Shown here piece by piece: positions 9,601 to 17,718 of a DNA stretch of 42,560 nucleotides; position 1 is the stretch's first letter, and every line of letters begins with the position of its first letter. The notes below the pieces were generated by a model that was not told the DNA's origin, searched no databases, and saw nothing but the letters and a program-made list of their open reading frames with translations. The DNA comes from a virus. A program made the position numbers and the translations under genes. The stretch spans positions 1 to 42,560 of IMG/VR virus record IMGVR_UViG_3300002461_000092. One strand, 5' to 3'.

Positions 9601-11131
9601 CGCCGAGATGCTGATGATGCAGTACGGCAGGAAGCACGCCGGCCGCATGGCTCTCGCCAACTTCAAGGCGGTGAACCCCGAGACCGGCGACGTCCTGTTC
9701 GACGGCATCACGTCCGACGCTGACTGGGCTGCCCTCCTCCGCCTCGCGGAGAACAAGGCCCGTGACACGCCCGGCCTCGACGCCATGAAGGCTTGGGCCA
9801 AGGAGAAGGACACCCTCCAGTACGCCTACGACCGCATCCGCGGCCGGCCCAACCCGGCCGTCGAGAAGCTCGGGCAGGTGGCTGATTGGATGCGGTTCGT
9901 CCGCACCTTCAACTTCGCCCGCGTCATGAACCTCATGGGTCTCACCTCGCTGGCCGACGTTGGCCGCTCCGTGGGCTCCGTGGGCATCAAGGCGTTCACC
10001 CAGCAGATGGGAGCGTACCGCCGCATCCTCGACATGGATGGCCGACAGGTCCTCAAGTACGGCATCGACCGGGAGCTGGAGGCCATGTTCGGTCTCGGCA
10101 CCGACGCCCTCCGCGGCTTCAAGAACCAGGTGATGCTGGACGAGTTCATCCACCACGGCTCCGACCGGCTGGTGGACAAGGCCAACCGTGCCGCCGATCT
10201 CGCCGCCCACATCACCACCAAGTTCTCCGCGCAGCACGCCGTGCAGTCGTGGCTGGACCTCGTGGTGGGTCGCGCAGCCGCCCAGCGGTTCGCTGACATC
10301 GCCGCCAAGGGTACCCTCAGCCGCGCTGAGAGGAACCTTGTGAACTTCCTCGGCCTCGATGACGCCATGCTCCAGCGCGTCCTCGGGGAGGTCCGGTCCA
10401 ACTTCTCGCACGAGACGGGTGCCCTCTTCGGGCGCCGCGTGGTGCAGATGAACATGGACAAGTGGGCCGACGTGGAGGCTCGCGCTGCGTTCCAGCAGGC
10501 CCTCTTTCGGTACGTCCGCACGACCGTCCAGCAGAACGACGTGGGCTCCCTGCATCAGGTGATGTCCCACCCCATGGCGCAGCTCATCTTCCAGTTCCGC
10601 TCCTTCTCCATCGTCGCCCACGAGAACCAGCTTCTCCAAGGCATCGCGATGGCCGATGAGCGGCAGCTGGGGATGGCCCTCGGCACCATGCTCTCGGGCT
10701 CGCTGGTCTACGCCGTGCAGACCCACCTCCAGGCCCTCGGCCGCAGCGATGCGGACAGCTTCTTGGAGGAGAAGGGCATGAAGCTCCGCAACGACGGGGA
10801 CTACGGCAAGCTGGCTCTGGCCACCTTCCAGCGGGCTGGCTTCTCCGGCCTGATCCCCATGGCCGTGGACAGCGCCCTGATGTTCACCCCGATGAAGCCG
10901 GTGTTCAACGCCCGCTCCACCGGGAACCCCTCGGACATCATCTTCGGCAACCCCACGACCAGCCTCGTGAAGAACCTCGCCGGCACCTCACGCAACGTGA
11001 TGGACGCCTTCTACAACGGCAGAGAGCTGACCCAGCCCGAGCTGCGGCAGGCCATGACGATCCCCGTCTGGAACAACGCCCTCGGGCTCTCCAACATCCT
11101 CTCCCTCATGATCAGCGGGCGCCCTGAGTAA
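6614..11131 (+). CDS. internal virion protein D (T7 gp16-like) with a lytic transglycosylase domain
   Basis: 1505 aa. The SLT signature RIQESNGVVTAKAPTSSARGLYQFLDDTWG lies at about aa 237-266. It is the largest ORF and sits directly upstream of the tail fibre, as in T7. Confidence 0.85.
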   Translation: MSSITDELAGDPIEVAAPAPTTEQQLNYDALMNAPAPSAPFVPGDRPLDQAFQALPRSANIDDRRGYRGMRERANMAIRDRANEVMAADFARREVEAESTDTIAAMQLMGETPQFPDIQDVAPDPAPADNFDGSDGAPVDDAAAATRRTLEMPVGGYPDDIAPPAPAATAVEQAPLPAPATTPAPAPSTPVQPPSPAQQVAPEDGQPQVPQGVSPNGVLTAVTPGGAGYDEYTRRLRIQESNGVVTAKAPTSSARGLYQFLDDTWGIAGRTRNGQPVGLANTPTGQAAGLRPINPADVGTPRDPRFDPAQQEIAIRLFTEQNAEALRRGGHPVNGRNLYLAHFMGSGGALRMLRLVRDNPDLPAATVFPDAAGANRNVFYTREGRARSVSEVYRLQTARFSDDAVVTERPQRRVTDPLGPADMSRPPAIELGRGYREGEQAAIRALRGEEQRSFFQLVGDAFQRETPEGALLRQGPAFTEEPGWATPANLKPYFDQIPAGFESRLSQAISPAHADWIVKKAKQDSVIDKAIEEAGWTGTGASVLASFLSPSVWAIGIASGGLGSLAAGSFRLGKAGSRLAGAAIGAAGNVAYEGAVAGISGDEYGAGEAFGAAITGAIFGAAFGPIGQNPATSAEALALARAARRHADDIIGGDQPAHVRGPAAAGAGVSADPNLPEVTDNPAWRALTDAAFQRGSGNAVADNLRISLGGQLAVSPNVGTRAVASGLVVDVVGKGAAVNHNTADQNMIMLAQRFQSQYLSVTDPAYREWAEEEGIGFFGRLIGRRREEFMNTIGRAILTATDDEIAQLPPSMQRVIKAHGTWVVERLNELQDPSLVFGPRQFRRGVPGSENLTPDARYMPVLWAEHKMQTALDRVGYNRLETFMAGAIKNVQTEIDDDLARRLAAAIIRGPKDRIAGADDAISRALAHADVEKLKTILKSDYDWEDKALESLVAQLSRSKPRVEGFLNRRIGMNYRAEMQLPDGSVLRMTDLMETNAEMLMMQYGRKHAGRMALANFKAVNPETGDVLFDGITSDADWAALLRLAENKARDTPGLDAMKAWAKEKDTLQYAYDRIRGRPNPAVEKLGQVADWMRFVRTFNFARVMNLMGLTSLADVGRSVGSVGIKAFTQQMGAYRRILDMDGRQVLKYGIDRELEAMFGLGTDALRGFKNQVMLDEFIHHGSDRLVDKANRAADLAAHITTKFSAQHAVQSWLDLVVGRAAAQRFADIAAKGTLSRAERNLVNFLGLDDAMLQRVLGEVRSNFSHETGALFGRRVVQMNMDKWADVEARAAFQQALFRYVRTTVQQNDVGSLHQVMSHPMAQLIFQFRSFSIVAHENQLLQGIAMADERQLGMALGTMLSGSLVYAVQTHLQALGRSDADSFLEEKGMKLRNDGDYGKLALATFQRAGFSGLIPMAVDSALMFTPMKPVFNARSTGNPSDIIFGNPTTSLVKNLAGTSRNVMDAFYNGRELTQPELRQAMTIPVWNNALGLSNILSLMISGRPE

Positions 11132-11156
11132 GGGCCCCTGATCCCCAACAGGAACA

Positions 11157-13649
11157 ATGAGCACCCCTTCCTTCGCCACCTACACGGGTGACGGGTCGAA
11201 CAGCCAGTTCGTCGTCCCCTTCCCCTACCTCGATCAGGCGCATGTGAAGGTCTACGTCAACGGCACCTCGGTCACCTTCGGGTGGCTGGGGGCCGGCTTG
11301 ATCCAGACGACCGCGGCGCCCGCCAACGCCTCCACCGTCTTGATCCGTCGTGAGACACCGGCCGATACGCCGCTGGTGGACTACGCGAACGGCAACGTAG
11401 TCCTCGACAGCGACCTCGACATCGCCACCCTCCAGGCCCTTTACGTGGCGCAGGAGGCCATCGACCTCGTCAACGAAGGCTTCTCTCTCGACGCCTCGCA
11501 GAACTGGGACGCCAGTAACAGGCGCATCTCTCGCGTGGCCGACCCCGTCGCCGGCACCGACGCGGCCAATCGGCAGTGGGTTCTCACGCAGACCGCCATC
11601 CCCGGCCCTCAGGGTCCTCAGGGTCCGCAGGGTCCCATCGGCCCAACCGGCCTGACCGGCCCTCAGGGTCCTCAGGGTGAGCCCGGCCCGACTGGCGCCA
11701 CCGGCCCGGCTGGTGCTCAGGGCCCCCAAGGTGTCCAGGGTCCGGCTGGTCCGCAGGGCCCGCAGGGCGTCCAGGGTGAGCAGGGCCCGCAGGGCAACTC
11801 CTTCACCCCCGACATCGTCGCGGCGAGCACCCTCCGCTCGACCTACGACGCCGAGCCCGCCGGCTTCTCGTTCCTCGCCACGGACCTCGGCGCGATCTCC
11901 TTCAAGGACACCAACACCTCTGGCGACTGGTCCGACTGGGTCCCGTTCGGCCGCGGCCCGCAGGGTCCCGCCGGCTCTCAGGGTCCGCAGGGCATTCAGG
12001 GTCCGCAGGGCATCCAAGGCATTCAGGGCATCCAAGGCCTCAAGGGGCTCAACTTCCGCGGCGCCTATAGCTCCGGCACTACCTACGCCACGGACGACGT
12101 GGTGCGCGATCAGGGCTCTTCGTGGGTCGCCAAGGCGAACACCACGGGCAACGCCCCGCCCACCCTGCCGACCGTCGAGAATGCCTTCTGGTCCCTCCTC
12201 GCGCAGAAGGGCTCGGACGGCTCCAGCTCCGCCTCGGCGGTCTCCTTCACGCCGGCCGCTGGCATCTCAGCGACGAACGTGCAGGCGGCCATCGAAGAGA
12301 GCGTGGCGGACACCGACACGAAGCTGGCGGGGAAGGCGAACACCTCCCACGGCCACGCCATGTCGGACGTCTCTGGCCTCGACGCGGCTCTCGCGGGGAA
12401 GGCGAACACCTCCCACGGCCACGCCCAGTCGGACATCACCGGTCTCAGCACCACCCTCTCGGGCTACATGCCCCTGACGGGCGGCGGCTTCACCGGGCCG
12501 GTCTCGATCACGGTAGACAGCACGGCGGTCGCGCAGACCATCACGCGATACAGCGCCACTGCCGGCATCCAGCTGCGCCGGTCCAACGGCACGGTGGGTG
12601 CCCCCACGGCGGTCGCTACCGGTGACATCCTTACCAGCCTCCCCGCCTTCGGCTACGATGGCTCCAGCTTTGTCGCTGGGTCCTACATCCGGGCCATCGC
12701 CCGCGGCACGATCTCCGCAGGCAGGGTCCCGATGTCCATCGTGTTTGGGACCATGAACGCCGCGGGAACGCTCGCGGATCGGATGGAGCTGACCGAGGAG
12801 GGTGTCCTGCTCGTCGGCGGTCAGCCGGTCGGCGGCGCCCCCCTCCAGGGCACCTCGCTGAACGATCAGACCTTCGACAGCTCGGGGACGTGGACCAAGC
12901 CGGCGGTTGCTGGCACCTGGGCCTTTGTCGAGATTTGGGGTGGCGGTCAGGGTGGTGGCCGCGACGTCGCCAACTTCAACCGCCTCGGCGGAGAGGGTGG
13001 CGAGTACGTAGCCTTCGCCGTCCCCTTCAGCCACCTCCCGGCTTCCGCGGCTGCAACCATTGGAGCCGGCGGCGCGGGCCGCACGGCCAACTCTGGTGGC
13101 TCGGCCGGCACCGCTGGGGGCAACACGACGTTCCTCGGCGTTACGGCCCGCGGCGGACACCTCAGGGCCAATGCCGACTTCAGTGCCTACCTGAAGCGCG
13201 GGATGCTCAACCCCGTCGTGAACTTCGGCGCCCTGATCGTGGAGCCCGGTGGCTCGTGCATCCTCGACACGAACACAAACCCTGGCTTCACCATGTTCGC
13301 GACCGCGAACGACTTCGACCCCGTGACCGGCCGCTTCGCGCCTGACATCCGCCCGATCACTGGTCAGACCTCCTCGCTGGCCGAGACGGGGCGGCAGTGG
13401 AACGCCGCGTCCGCCTATGGCACCCCGACCGACTCCCGGTTCTCCGGGGGCACCGGCCAGGGCTTCAACAACAGCAACGTCTCGATCCCCAACACGGCCT
13501 CGACCTTCGGTGGCTCGGGCGGTGCTGGAGGCGCCACCAACGGCGTTGCGGGCTCCAACGGCATCGCTCCCGGCGGTGGCGGCGGCGCCGGTACGAACGC
13601 CAACGGCGGTGCCGGTGCGTCCGGTCGCGTCCGCATCCGCATCTTCTAA
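11157..13649 (+). CDS. tail fibre protein (T7 gp17-like N-terminal adaptor, collagen-like repeats, HxH fibre repeats, Gly-rich C-terminal domain)
   Basis: The N-terminus [32 protein letters not shown] is the T7 tail-fibre N-terminal domain pattern. There are two G-X-Y blocks and duplicated [10 protein letters not shown] units. The C-terminus is GGGQGGG...[25 protein letters not shown]. Confidence 0.85.
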   Translation: MSTPSFATYTGDGSNSQFVVPFPYLDQAHVKVYVNGTSVTFGWLGAGLIQTTAAPANASTVLIRRETPADTPLVDYANGNVVLDSDLDIATLQALYVAQEAIDLVNEGFSLDASQNWDASNRRISRVADPVAGTDAANRQWVLTQTAIPGPQGPQGPQGPIGPTGLTGPQGPQGEPGPTGATGPAGAQGPQGVQGPAGPQGPQGVQGEQGPQGNSFTPDIVAASTLRSTYDAEPAGFSFLATDLGAISFKDTNTSGDWSDWVPFGRGPQGPAGSQGPQGIQGPQGIQGIQGIQGLKGLNFRGAYSSGTTYATDDVVRDQGSSWVAKANTTGNAPPTLPTVENAFWSLLAQKGSDGSSSASAVSFTPAAGISATNVQAAIEESVADTDTKLAGKANTSHGHAMSDVSGLDAALAGKANTSHGHAQSDITGLSTTLSGYMPLTGGGFTGPVSITVDSTAVAQTITRYSATAGIQLRRSNGTVGAPTAVATGDILTSLPAFGYDGSSFVAGSYIRAIARGTISAGRVPMSIVFGTMNAAGTLADRMELTEEGVLLVGGQPVGGAPLQGTSLNDQTFDSSGTWTKPAVAGTWAFVEIWGGGQGGGRDVANFNRLGGEGGEYVAFAVPFSHLPASAAATIGAGGAGRTANSGGSAGTAGGNTTFLGVTARGGHLRANADFSAYLKRGMLNPVVNFGALIVEPGGSCILDTNTNPGFTMFATANDFDPVTGRFAPDIRPITGQTSSLAETGRQWNAASAYGTPTDSRFSGGTGQGFNNSNVSIPNTASTFGGSGGAGGATNGVAGSNGIAPGGGGGAGTNANGGAGASGRVRIRIF
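11604..11795 (+). repeat. collagen-like G-X-Y block 1 (21 triplets) inside the tail fibre
   Basis: [64 protein letters not shown]. The DNA is built from reiterated GGTCC(T/G)CAGGG(T/C) units. Confidence 0.9.
11955..12053 (+). repeat. collagen-like G-X-Y block 2 (11 triplets) inside the tail fibre
   Basis: [33 protein letters not shown]. Confidence 0.9.
12327..12425 (+). repeat. 66-nt-period tandem duplication inside the tail fibre (33-nt identical cores at 12327-12359 and 12393-12425)
   Basis: GCGGGGAAGGCGAACACCTCCCACGGCCACGCC occurs twice. It encodes [11 protein letters not shown], an HxH phage-fibre repeat. Confidence 0.9.
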
Positions 13650-13657
13650 GGTAACCA

Positions 13658-14059
13658 ATGACGACCTACGCCCTCACGCAGGCTGGTGTCGTGGTCAACA
13701 TCATCGTCGTGGAGGAGGGGGCCGAGTGGTCCCCTCCGTCCGGCCATGAGCTGTTCGCCATCACCGACGCCACCCCCGACATCGGGGACTTCCGAAACCC
13801 TGACGGCACCTACTCCAGGCCGCCTGTCCCCGTCCCCACCTCCATCTCTCCCTTCCAGGCCCGCAAGGCCCTCCGGCAGGCCGGCCTCAAGGCCGCTGTA
13901 GACGCCTACGTCGCCTCCCTCTCGGAGGAGGAGCAGGAGGAGTGGGAGTACGCCATCGAGGTGCAACGCACCAACCCCACCATCAACAACGGCTGGGCCC
14001 TCCTCGGCCGGTCTCAGGCTGAGCTTGATGACCTCTTCCGACTGGGGGCTACGCTGTGA
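13658..14059 (+). CDS. hypothetical protein downstream of the tail fibre (possible fibre assembly or chaperone role, from position only)
   Basis: 133 aa ORF with high GC3 and AAGG 6 nt upstream of the ATG. The next gene overlaps its stop (GTGA). Confidence 0.55.
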   Translation: MTTYALTQAGVVVNIIVVEEGAEWSPPSGHELFAITDATPDIGDFRNPDGTYSRPPVPVPTSISPFQARKALRQAGLKAAVDAYVASLSEEEQEEWEYAIEVQRTNPTINNGWALLGRSQAELDDLFRLGATL

Positions 14060-14247
14060 CACAGCAGAGCATGATCGACCATTCCACCAGCGCCGTAGCC
14101 ACGGCCGCTGTATCGTCCCCCCTGTGGCTCCCGAGCCTCAAGGACGTCAGCGACGTGGCTGCCCTCCTCCTTCCCATCCTCGGCGCCGTCTGGCTGGTCG
14201 TTCAGATAGCCGGCTACATCATCCGCCACCGTAAAGGTGACACGTGA
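14056..14247 (+). CDS. small membrane protein at the T7 gp17.5 (holin) position
   Basis: 63 aa. A hydrophobic segment VAALLLPILGAVWLVVQIAGYII is followed by a basic tail RHRKGDT. The gene is translationally coupled on both sides. An alternative ATG lies at 14071. Confidence 0.45.
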   Translation: MTQQSMIDHSTSAVATAAVSSPLWLPSLKDVSDVAALLLPILGAVWLVVQIAGYIIRHRKGDT

Positions 14248-14477
14248 GCGCCTCCCGAGAACTACATGAGAAGCTGCACCTGATTACTCTGAATGCTTTG
14301 ATCGAGAAGATCGAGGCGGGAGAGGCCACCGCAGCCGACCTCAACGTGGCCCGCCAGCTCCTCAAGGACAACGGCGTCGGCCTCGGGGTAGCCCCCAACG
14401 CCAGCGAGATGGGCAAGCTCGCCAGCCAGCTGCCCTTCCAGTCCGTCCACGACATGGACGACAGCGTCATCAACTGA
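14244..14477 (+). CDS. terminase small subunit (T7 gp18-like)
   Basis: 77 aa and helical. AADLNVARQLLKDNGV resembles the gp18 family. The GTG start overlaps the previous stop. The gene lies upstream of the large terminase. Confidence 0.65.
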   Translation: MSASRELHEKLHLITLNALIEKIEAGEATAADLNVARQLLKDNGVGLGVAPNASEMGKLASQLPFQSVHDMDDSVIN

Positions 14478-14480
14478 CCC

Positions 14481-14557
14481 CCTAGGACGCCCTAGGACGG
14501 CCGAGAGCCCGCTCAGGTACTACCCCTGCTGCCGCCCCTCTCGTGCCCGTCCTAGGG
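14481..14557 (+). promoter_or_regulatory. CCTAGGACG repeat cluster: two tandem direct copies plus one inverted copy (11-bp perfect inverted repeat 14490-14500 / 14547-14557)
   Basis: CCTAGGACGC CCTAGGACGG ...46 nt... CCGTCCTAGGG, in the 102-nt spacer between the terminase genes. Confidence 0.5.
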
Positions 14558-14579
14558 CCCTCCTCTCCCCAGCAATCGA

Positions 14580-16316
14580 GTGTCCAGCTTCAAAGCCTCC
14601 CTCAAGTCCACCACAGCCCTCACGGGCGACCCTCTCAAGGCGGACTTCCGAAACATGCTGTGGCTCATCTGGCGCCACCTCAACCTGCCAGAGCCGACCC
14701 CGATCCAGTACGACATCGCCCACTGGCTCCAGCACGGCCCCCGCCGTCTGGTCATCGAGGCGTTCCGTGGCGTCGGCAAGTCCTGGGTCACCGCGGCCTT
14801 CGTCTGTTGGCTGCTCTACTGCAACCCCCAGTTCAAGATCATGGTCGTCTCGGCCTCCAAGGACCGGGCCGACAACTTCTCCACCTTCACCCTGCGCCTC
14901 ATCCACGAGGTGCCCCAGCTCCGCCACCTGATCCCCGGGCCCGACCAGCGGTCCTCCAAGATCGCCTTCGACGTGGGGCCCGCCACCGCGGACCAGTCCC
15001 CGTCCGTCAAGTCGGTGGGCATCACCGGCCAGCTGACCGGCTCCCGTGCCGACTACATCGTGGCCGACGACATCGAGGTCCCGAACAACTCCGCCACGCA
15101 GGGGATGCGAGACCTCCTCTCCGAGCGCATCAAGGAGTTCGACGCCGTCCTCAAGCCGGGCGGCCGGGTGATCTACCTCGGCACCCCGCAGACCGAGCAG
15201 TCCATCTACAACCGCCTGCCCGAGCGAGGCTACGTGATCCGCGTCTGGCCCGCCCGCTACCCCACTAGCGAGAAGCTCGACAAGTACGGCCCACGGCTCG
15301 CCCCGTTGATCCTAGGGCGCCTTGAGAAGGACCCGAGCCTCGCCGGCCAGTCCACCGACCCCGGCCGCTTCTCCGAGGACGACCTCACCGAGCGTGAGCT
15401 ATCCTATGGCCGCTCCGGGTTCGCCCTCCAGTTCATGCTGGACACCTCGATCTCGGACGGGGACAGGTACCCCCTCAAGCTCTCCGACCTCATCCTCTTC
15501 CCCCTCGACCCCCACCGCGCCCCCATCGACTTCATGTGGGCCAGCGGGAAGGAGCAGGCCCTCGACCTCCCGACCATCGGGCTACAGGGCGACCGCTTCC
15601 ACCGCCCCGGCTGGCACAGCAACGATGTGGCCGAGTACGAAGGCAGCGTCATGTTCGTGGACCCCTCGGGCCGCGGCAAGGACGAGACGGCCTACGCAGT
15701 CCTCAAGGTCCTCCATGGCCGCATGTTCCTTGTGGCCTCGGGAGGCTTCAAGGGCGGCTACGAGCCCCCGACCCTCCGGGCCATCATGCTCATCGCCAAG
15801 CGCCACGGGGTCCACAAGGTCATCTCCGAGCCCAACTTCGGCGGCGGCATGTTCACCGCCCTCCTCAAGTCCATGGCCCAGCAGGTCTACCCCTGCGCCA
15901 TCGAGGATGCGGACTGGTCCGCCCACCAGAAGGAGCGGAGGATCATCGACACCCTGGAGCCCGTCCTCAACCAGCACCGCCTGGTGGTCTGCCCCTCCGT
16001 CGTGGAGGCCGACTACAAGAGCACGGAAGACTATCAGGGCGACGATGTGCAGCGCTGCCGTCTCTTCTACCAGCTCACCCGCATGACGGCTGAGCGGGGC
16101 TCCCTGGCCCACGACGACCGCCTCGACGCCCTCGCAGGGGCCGTCTCCTACTTCGAGAAGGTACTGGCCAAGGACACCAACAAGGCCGTGGTGGAGCACA
16201 AGGAGCGCACCGAGCAGGCCGCCCTAGACCGCTTCATGGCCCACGCCCTCGGTGGGAAGAAGCAGCCCGAGGAGCGCTGGAGCAGCCGCATCATGTCCCG
16301 CATCCCGAGGCGCTGA
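14580..16316 (+). CDS. terminase large subunit (T7 gp19-like)
   Basis: 578 aa. The Walker A-like motif is FRGVGKSWV. DFRNMLWLIWRHLNLPEPTPIQYDIAHWL parallels the T7 gp19 N-terminus. Acidic nuclease-half motifs are present (FVDPSGRGKDETA). Confidence 0.95.
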   Translation: MSSFKASLKSTTALTGDPLKADFRNMLWLIWRHLNLPEPTPIQYDIAHWLQHGPRRLVIEAFRGVGKSWVTAAFVCWLLYCNPQFKIMVVSASKDRADNFSTFTLRLIHEVPQLRHLIPGPDQRSSKIAFDVGPATADQSPSVKSVGITGQLTGSRADYIVADDIEVPNNSATQGMRDLLSERIKEFDAVLKPGGRVIYLGTPQTEQSIYNRLPERGYVIRVWPARYPTSEKLDKYGPRLAPLILGRLEKDPSLAGQSTDPGRFSEDDLTERELSYGRSGFALQFMLDTSISDGDRYPLKLSDLILFPLDPHRAPIDFMWASGKEQALDLPTIGLQGDRFHRPGWHSNDVAEYEGSVMFVDPSGRGKDETAYAVLKVLHGRMFLVASGGFKGGYEPPTLRAIMLIAKRHGVHKVISEPNFGGGMFTALLKSMAQQVYPCAIEDADWSAHQKERRIIDTLEPVLNQHRLVVCPSVVEADYKSTEDYQGDDVQRCRLFYQLTRMTAERGSLAHDDRLDALAGAVSYFEKVLAKDTNKAVVEHKERTEQAALDRFMAHALGGKKQPEERWSSRIMSRIPRR

Positions 16317-16327
16317 GGCACCCCGGC

Positions 16328-16350
16328 ATTTAACTCCTACACTTGCCTAA
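16328..16350 (+). promoter_or_regulatory. phage RNAP promoter candidate P-right (ATTTAACTCCTACACTTGCCTAA)
   Basis: One of three 23-bp near-identical elements. It lies 12 nt after the large terminase stop, analogous to T7 phiOR. Confidence 0.7.
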
Positions 16351-17084
16351 GGCCCCTGATGTTATACCCTATAGAGAGACATAGAGGTCTCCTGAGGGTG
16401 AGCTTAGGGTAGCCTTAGGTAGGCGTGGAGTGATGCATGGAGATCGGTGGGTAGGAGATACCCCCTAACCCCTCCTCCTATAGACCCCCGGATGTCTGAC
16501 GGAAAAATCCGAAGCGGTGGCTCGGATAGCTTGGACCGCGCGTCCCCCCCGTGCCCCCACCCCTGCGCGTCCCGCGAGCGCGTCCTGTGCGCCCGGTTGT
16601 CCATCCCTTGTCACCGCTTCCCGTCACCGCCGGGGCCTAACCCATTGAAAACGCTAGGCTCCCATCGGATTGTCCATCCCATCAGCCCGCCCGAGCCGGC
16701 CCCCGCGCCACCTCAGGCCACCCAAGGCGCCGCGCTATGTCCGGGCACGTCACTGGCATCCCCTGTTTTTGCGTCTCATCCGCCCGGCCCCGGCCCCATG
16801 CATCACGCTAGGACCGCCTCAGGCCACCTCCGCCCGCACCAGGGCGATCCGTGCCATCCCGCCAAAGCCGCGCACCAGGTTGCACCTACCTCCGCCAAAC
16901 CGGACCCTCGCCGCCTCCGCCACCCGACACCCAAACCGCCCAAATCAGTACCGCCGCGACGGTCCCCACGAATACCCAAAGCCCTGCCCTAGCGCCCATC
17001 CCGGCCCCTCCCCAAAGGGGAGCACTCTAGCCCATCCCGGCCCCCATCCGTATTCCTACGTATGTCGGACCCTCACAAACCCCG

Positions 17085-17115
17085 TTGACTGCCAAGGCGG
17101 GATGGTGTCTATAGG
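17085..17115 (+). promoter_or_regulatory. sigma70-like early promoter candidate 1
   Basis: TTGACT, a 17-nt spacer, then TCTATA (or TATAGG with a 19-nt spacer). It overlaps a copy of the ACTGCCAAGGCGGGA motif. Confidence 0.35.
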
Positions 17116-17256
17116 GGCCATCGACGCCGCAAGCGCCACCCGGCCCCGGCTAGATACCTTCCAAGGCGCTCCGCCCCCATACCTACGGGGGAGAGGCTAG
17201 GGCAGGGGAACCGCCCTCCCGCAAGGGACTGGCGAGCGGGTCTAAGGCGGCCCCGT

Positions 17257-17273
17257 TGATCCTCCCTAGCAAG
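17257..17273 (+). repeat. intergenic motif copy, B-like variant (TGATCCTCCCTAGCAAG)
   Basis: It shares TGATC..C..CCTAGCAAG with the copies at 29087 and 20547. Confidence 0.4.
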
Positions 17274-17297
17274 TCTAGCCCGCACCGGGCAGGCGAA

Positions 17298-17316
17298 AAA
17301 TCACTGCCAAGGCGGG
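17298..17316 (+). repeat. intergenic motif copy, type A (TCACTGCCAAGGCGGG), abutting the -35 of early promoter 2
   Basis: A 16-nt core identical to the copies at 19570 and 27836. Confidence 0.7.
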
Positions 17317-17345
17317 TTGACAAGCCGGGACGGATCGCTTAGGTT
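17317..17345 (+). promoter_or_regulatory. sigma70-like early promoter candidate 2
   Basis: A perfect TTGACA, a 17-nt spacer, then TAGGTT. It lies about 370 nt upstream of the first early ORF and points rightward. Confidence 0.5.
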
Positions 17346-17384
17346 CGAGACATCAAGTGCAGCGGCGCCGGGCCTCTCCCGGTC

Positions 17385-17406
17385 GGACCCTAGGCCGGAC
17401 CCTAGG
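17385..17406 (+). repeat. tandem direct repeat GGACCCTAGG-CC-GGACCCTAGG in the early leader
   Basis: Two identical 10-mers with a 12-nt period. The second continues as CCTAGGAC, the motif also seen at 14481, 14491 and 18255. Confidence 0.6.
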
Positions 17407-17718
17407 ACTGACAAGAGATTTCGTCGCCGGGCGCGTAAGTCCCGGCAGGCCGACACGGGCTGGTCCCCTTTGTCCCCGCGACAGAACGCGGCGGTTGGGG
17501 AAGTGGGTAGGCGCTACTAGTAGTCGGCTAGAGGCGTGGGGGATTGTGCGACTACCCCATGTCCGAAGGCAGGCTGGTCTCGGGGCGGAGTGTCACAACG
17601 TAAGGCGTGACCATAGAGTGATATTGCCCGCTTTTAAGTGGCAATCTGCCGGTGGTTTGGCACCCATCGGCCCTCTATTGAGCCCCGTCATCCGGCGGGG
17701 TTGAACTGAGGCATAGCC

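Noticed and set aside
11604-12053. Reiterated GGTCCGCAGGG-type DNA repeats as a CRISPR array or a non-coding satellite.
   Set aside because: There are no unique spacers. The periodicity is 9 nt, in frame with the tail-fibre ORF, and it encodes collagen-like G-X-Y triplets.
16447-17704. Plus-strand ORFs in the terminal/early control region: 16447..16992, 16670..17200, 17317..17520 and 17357..17704.
   Set aside because: These are Pro/Arg-rich translations of a C-rich non-coding tract. They overlap each other in different frames, lack an SD, and span the predicted early promoters.
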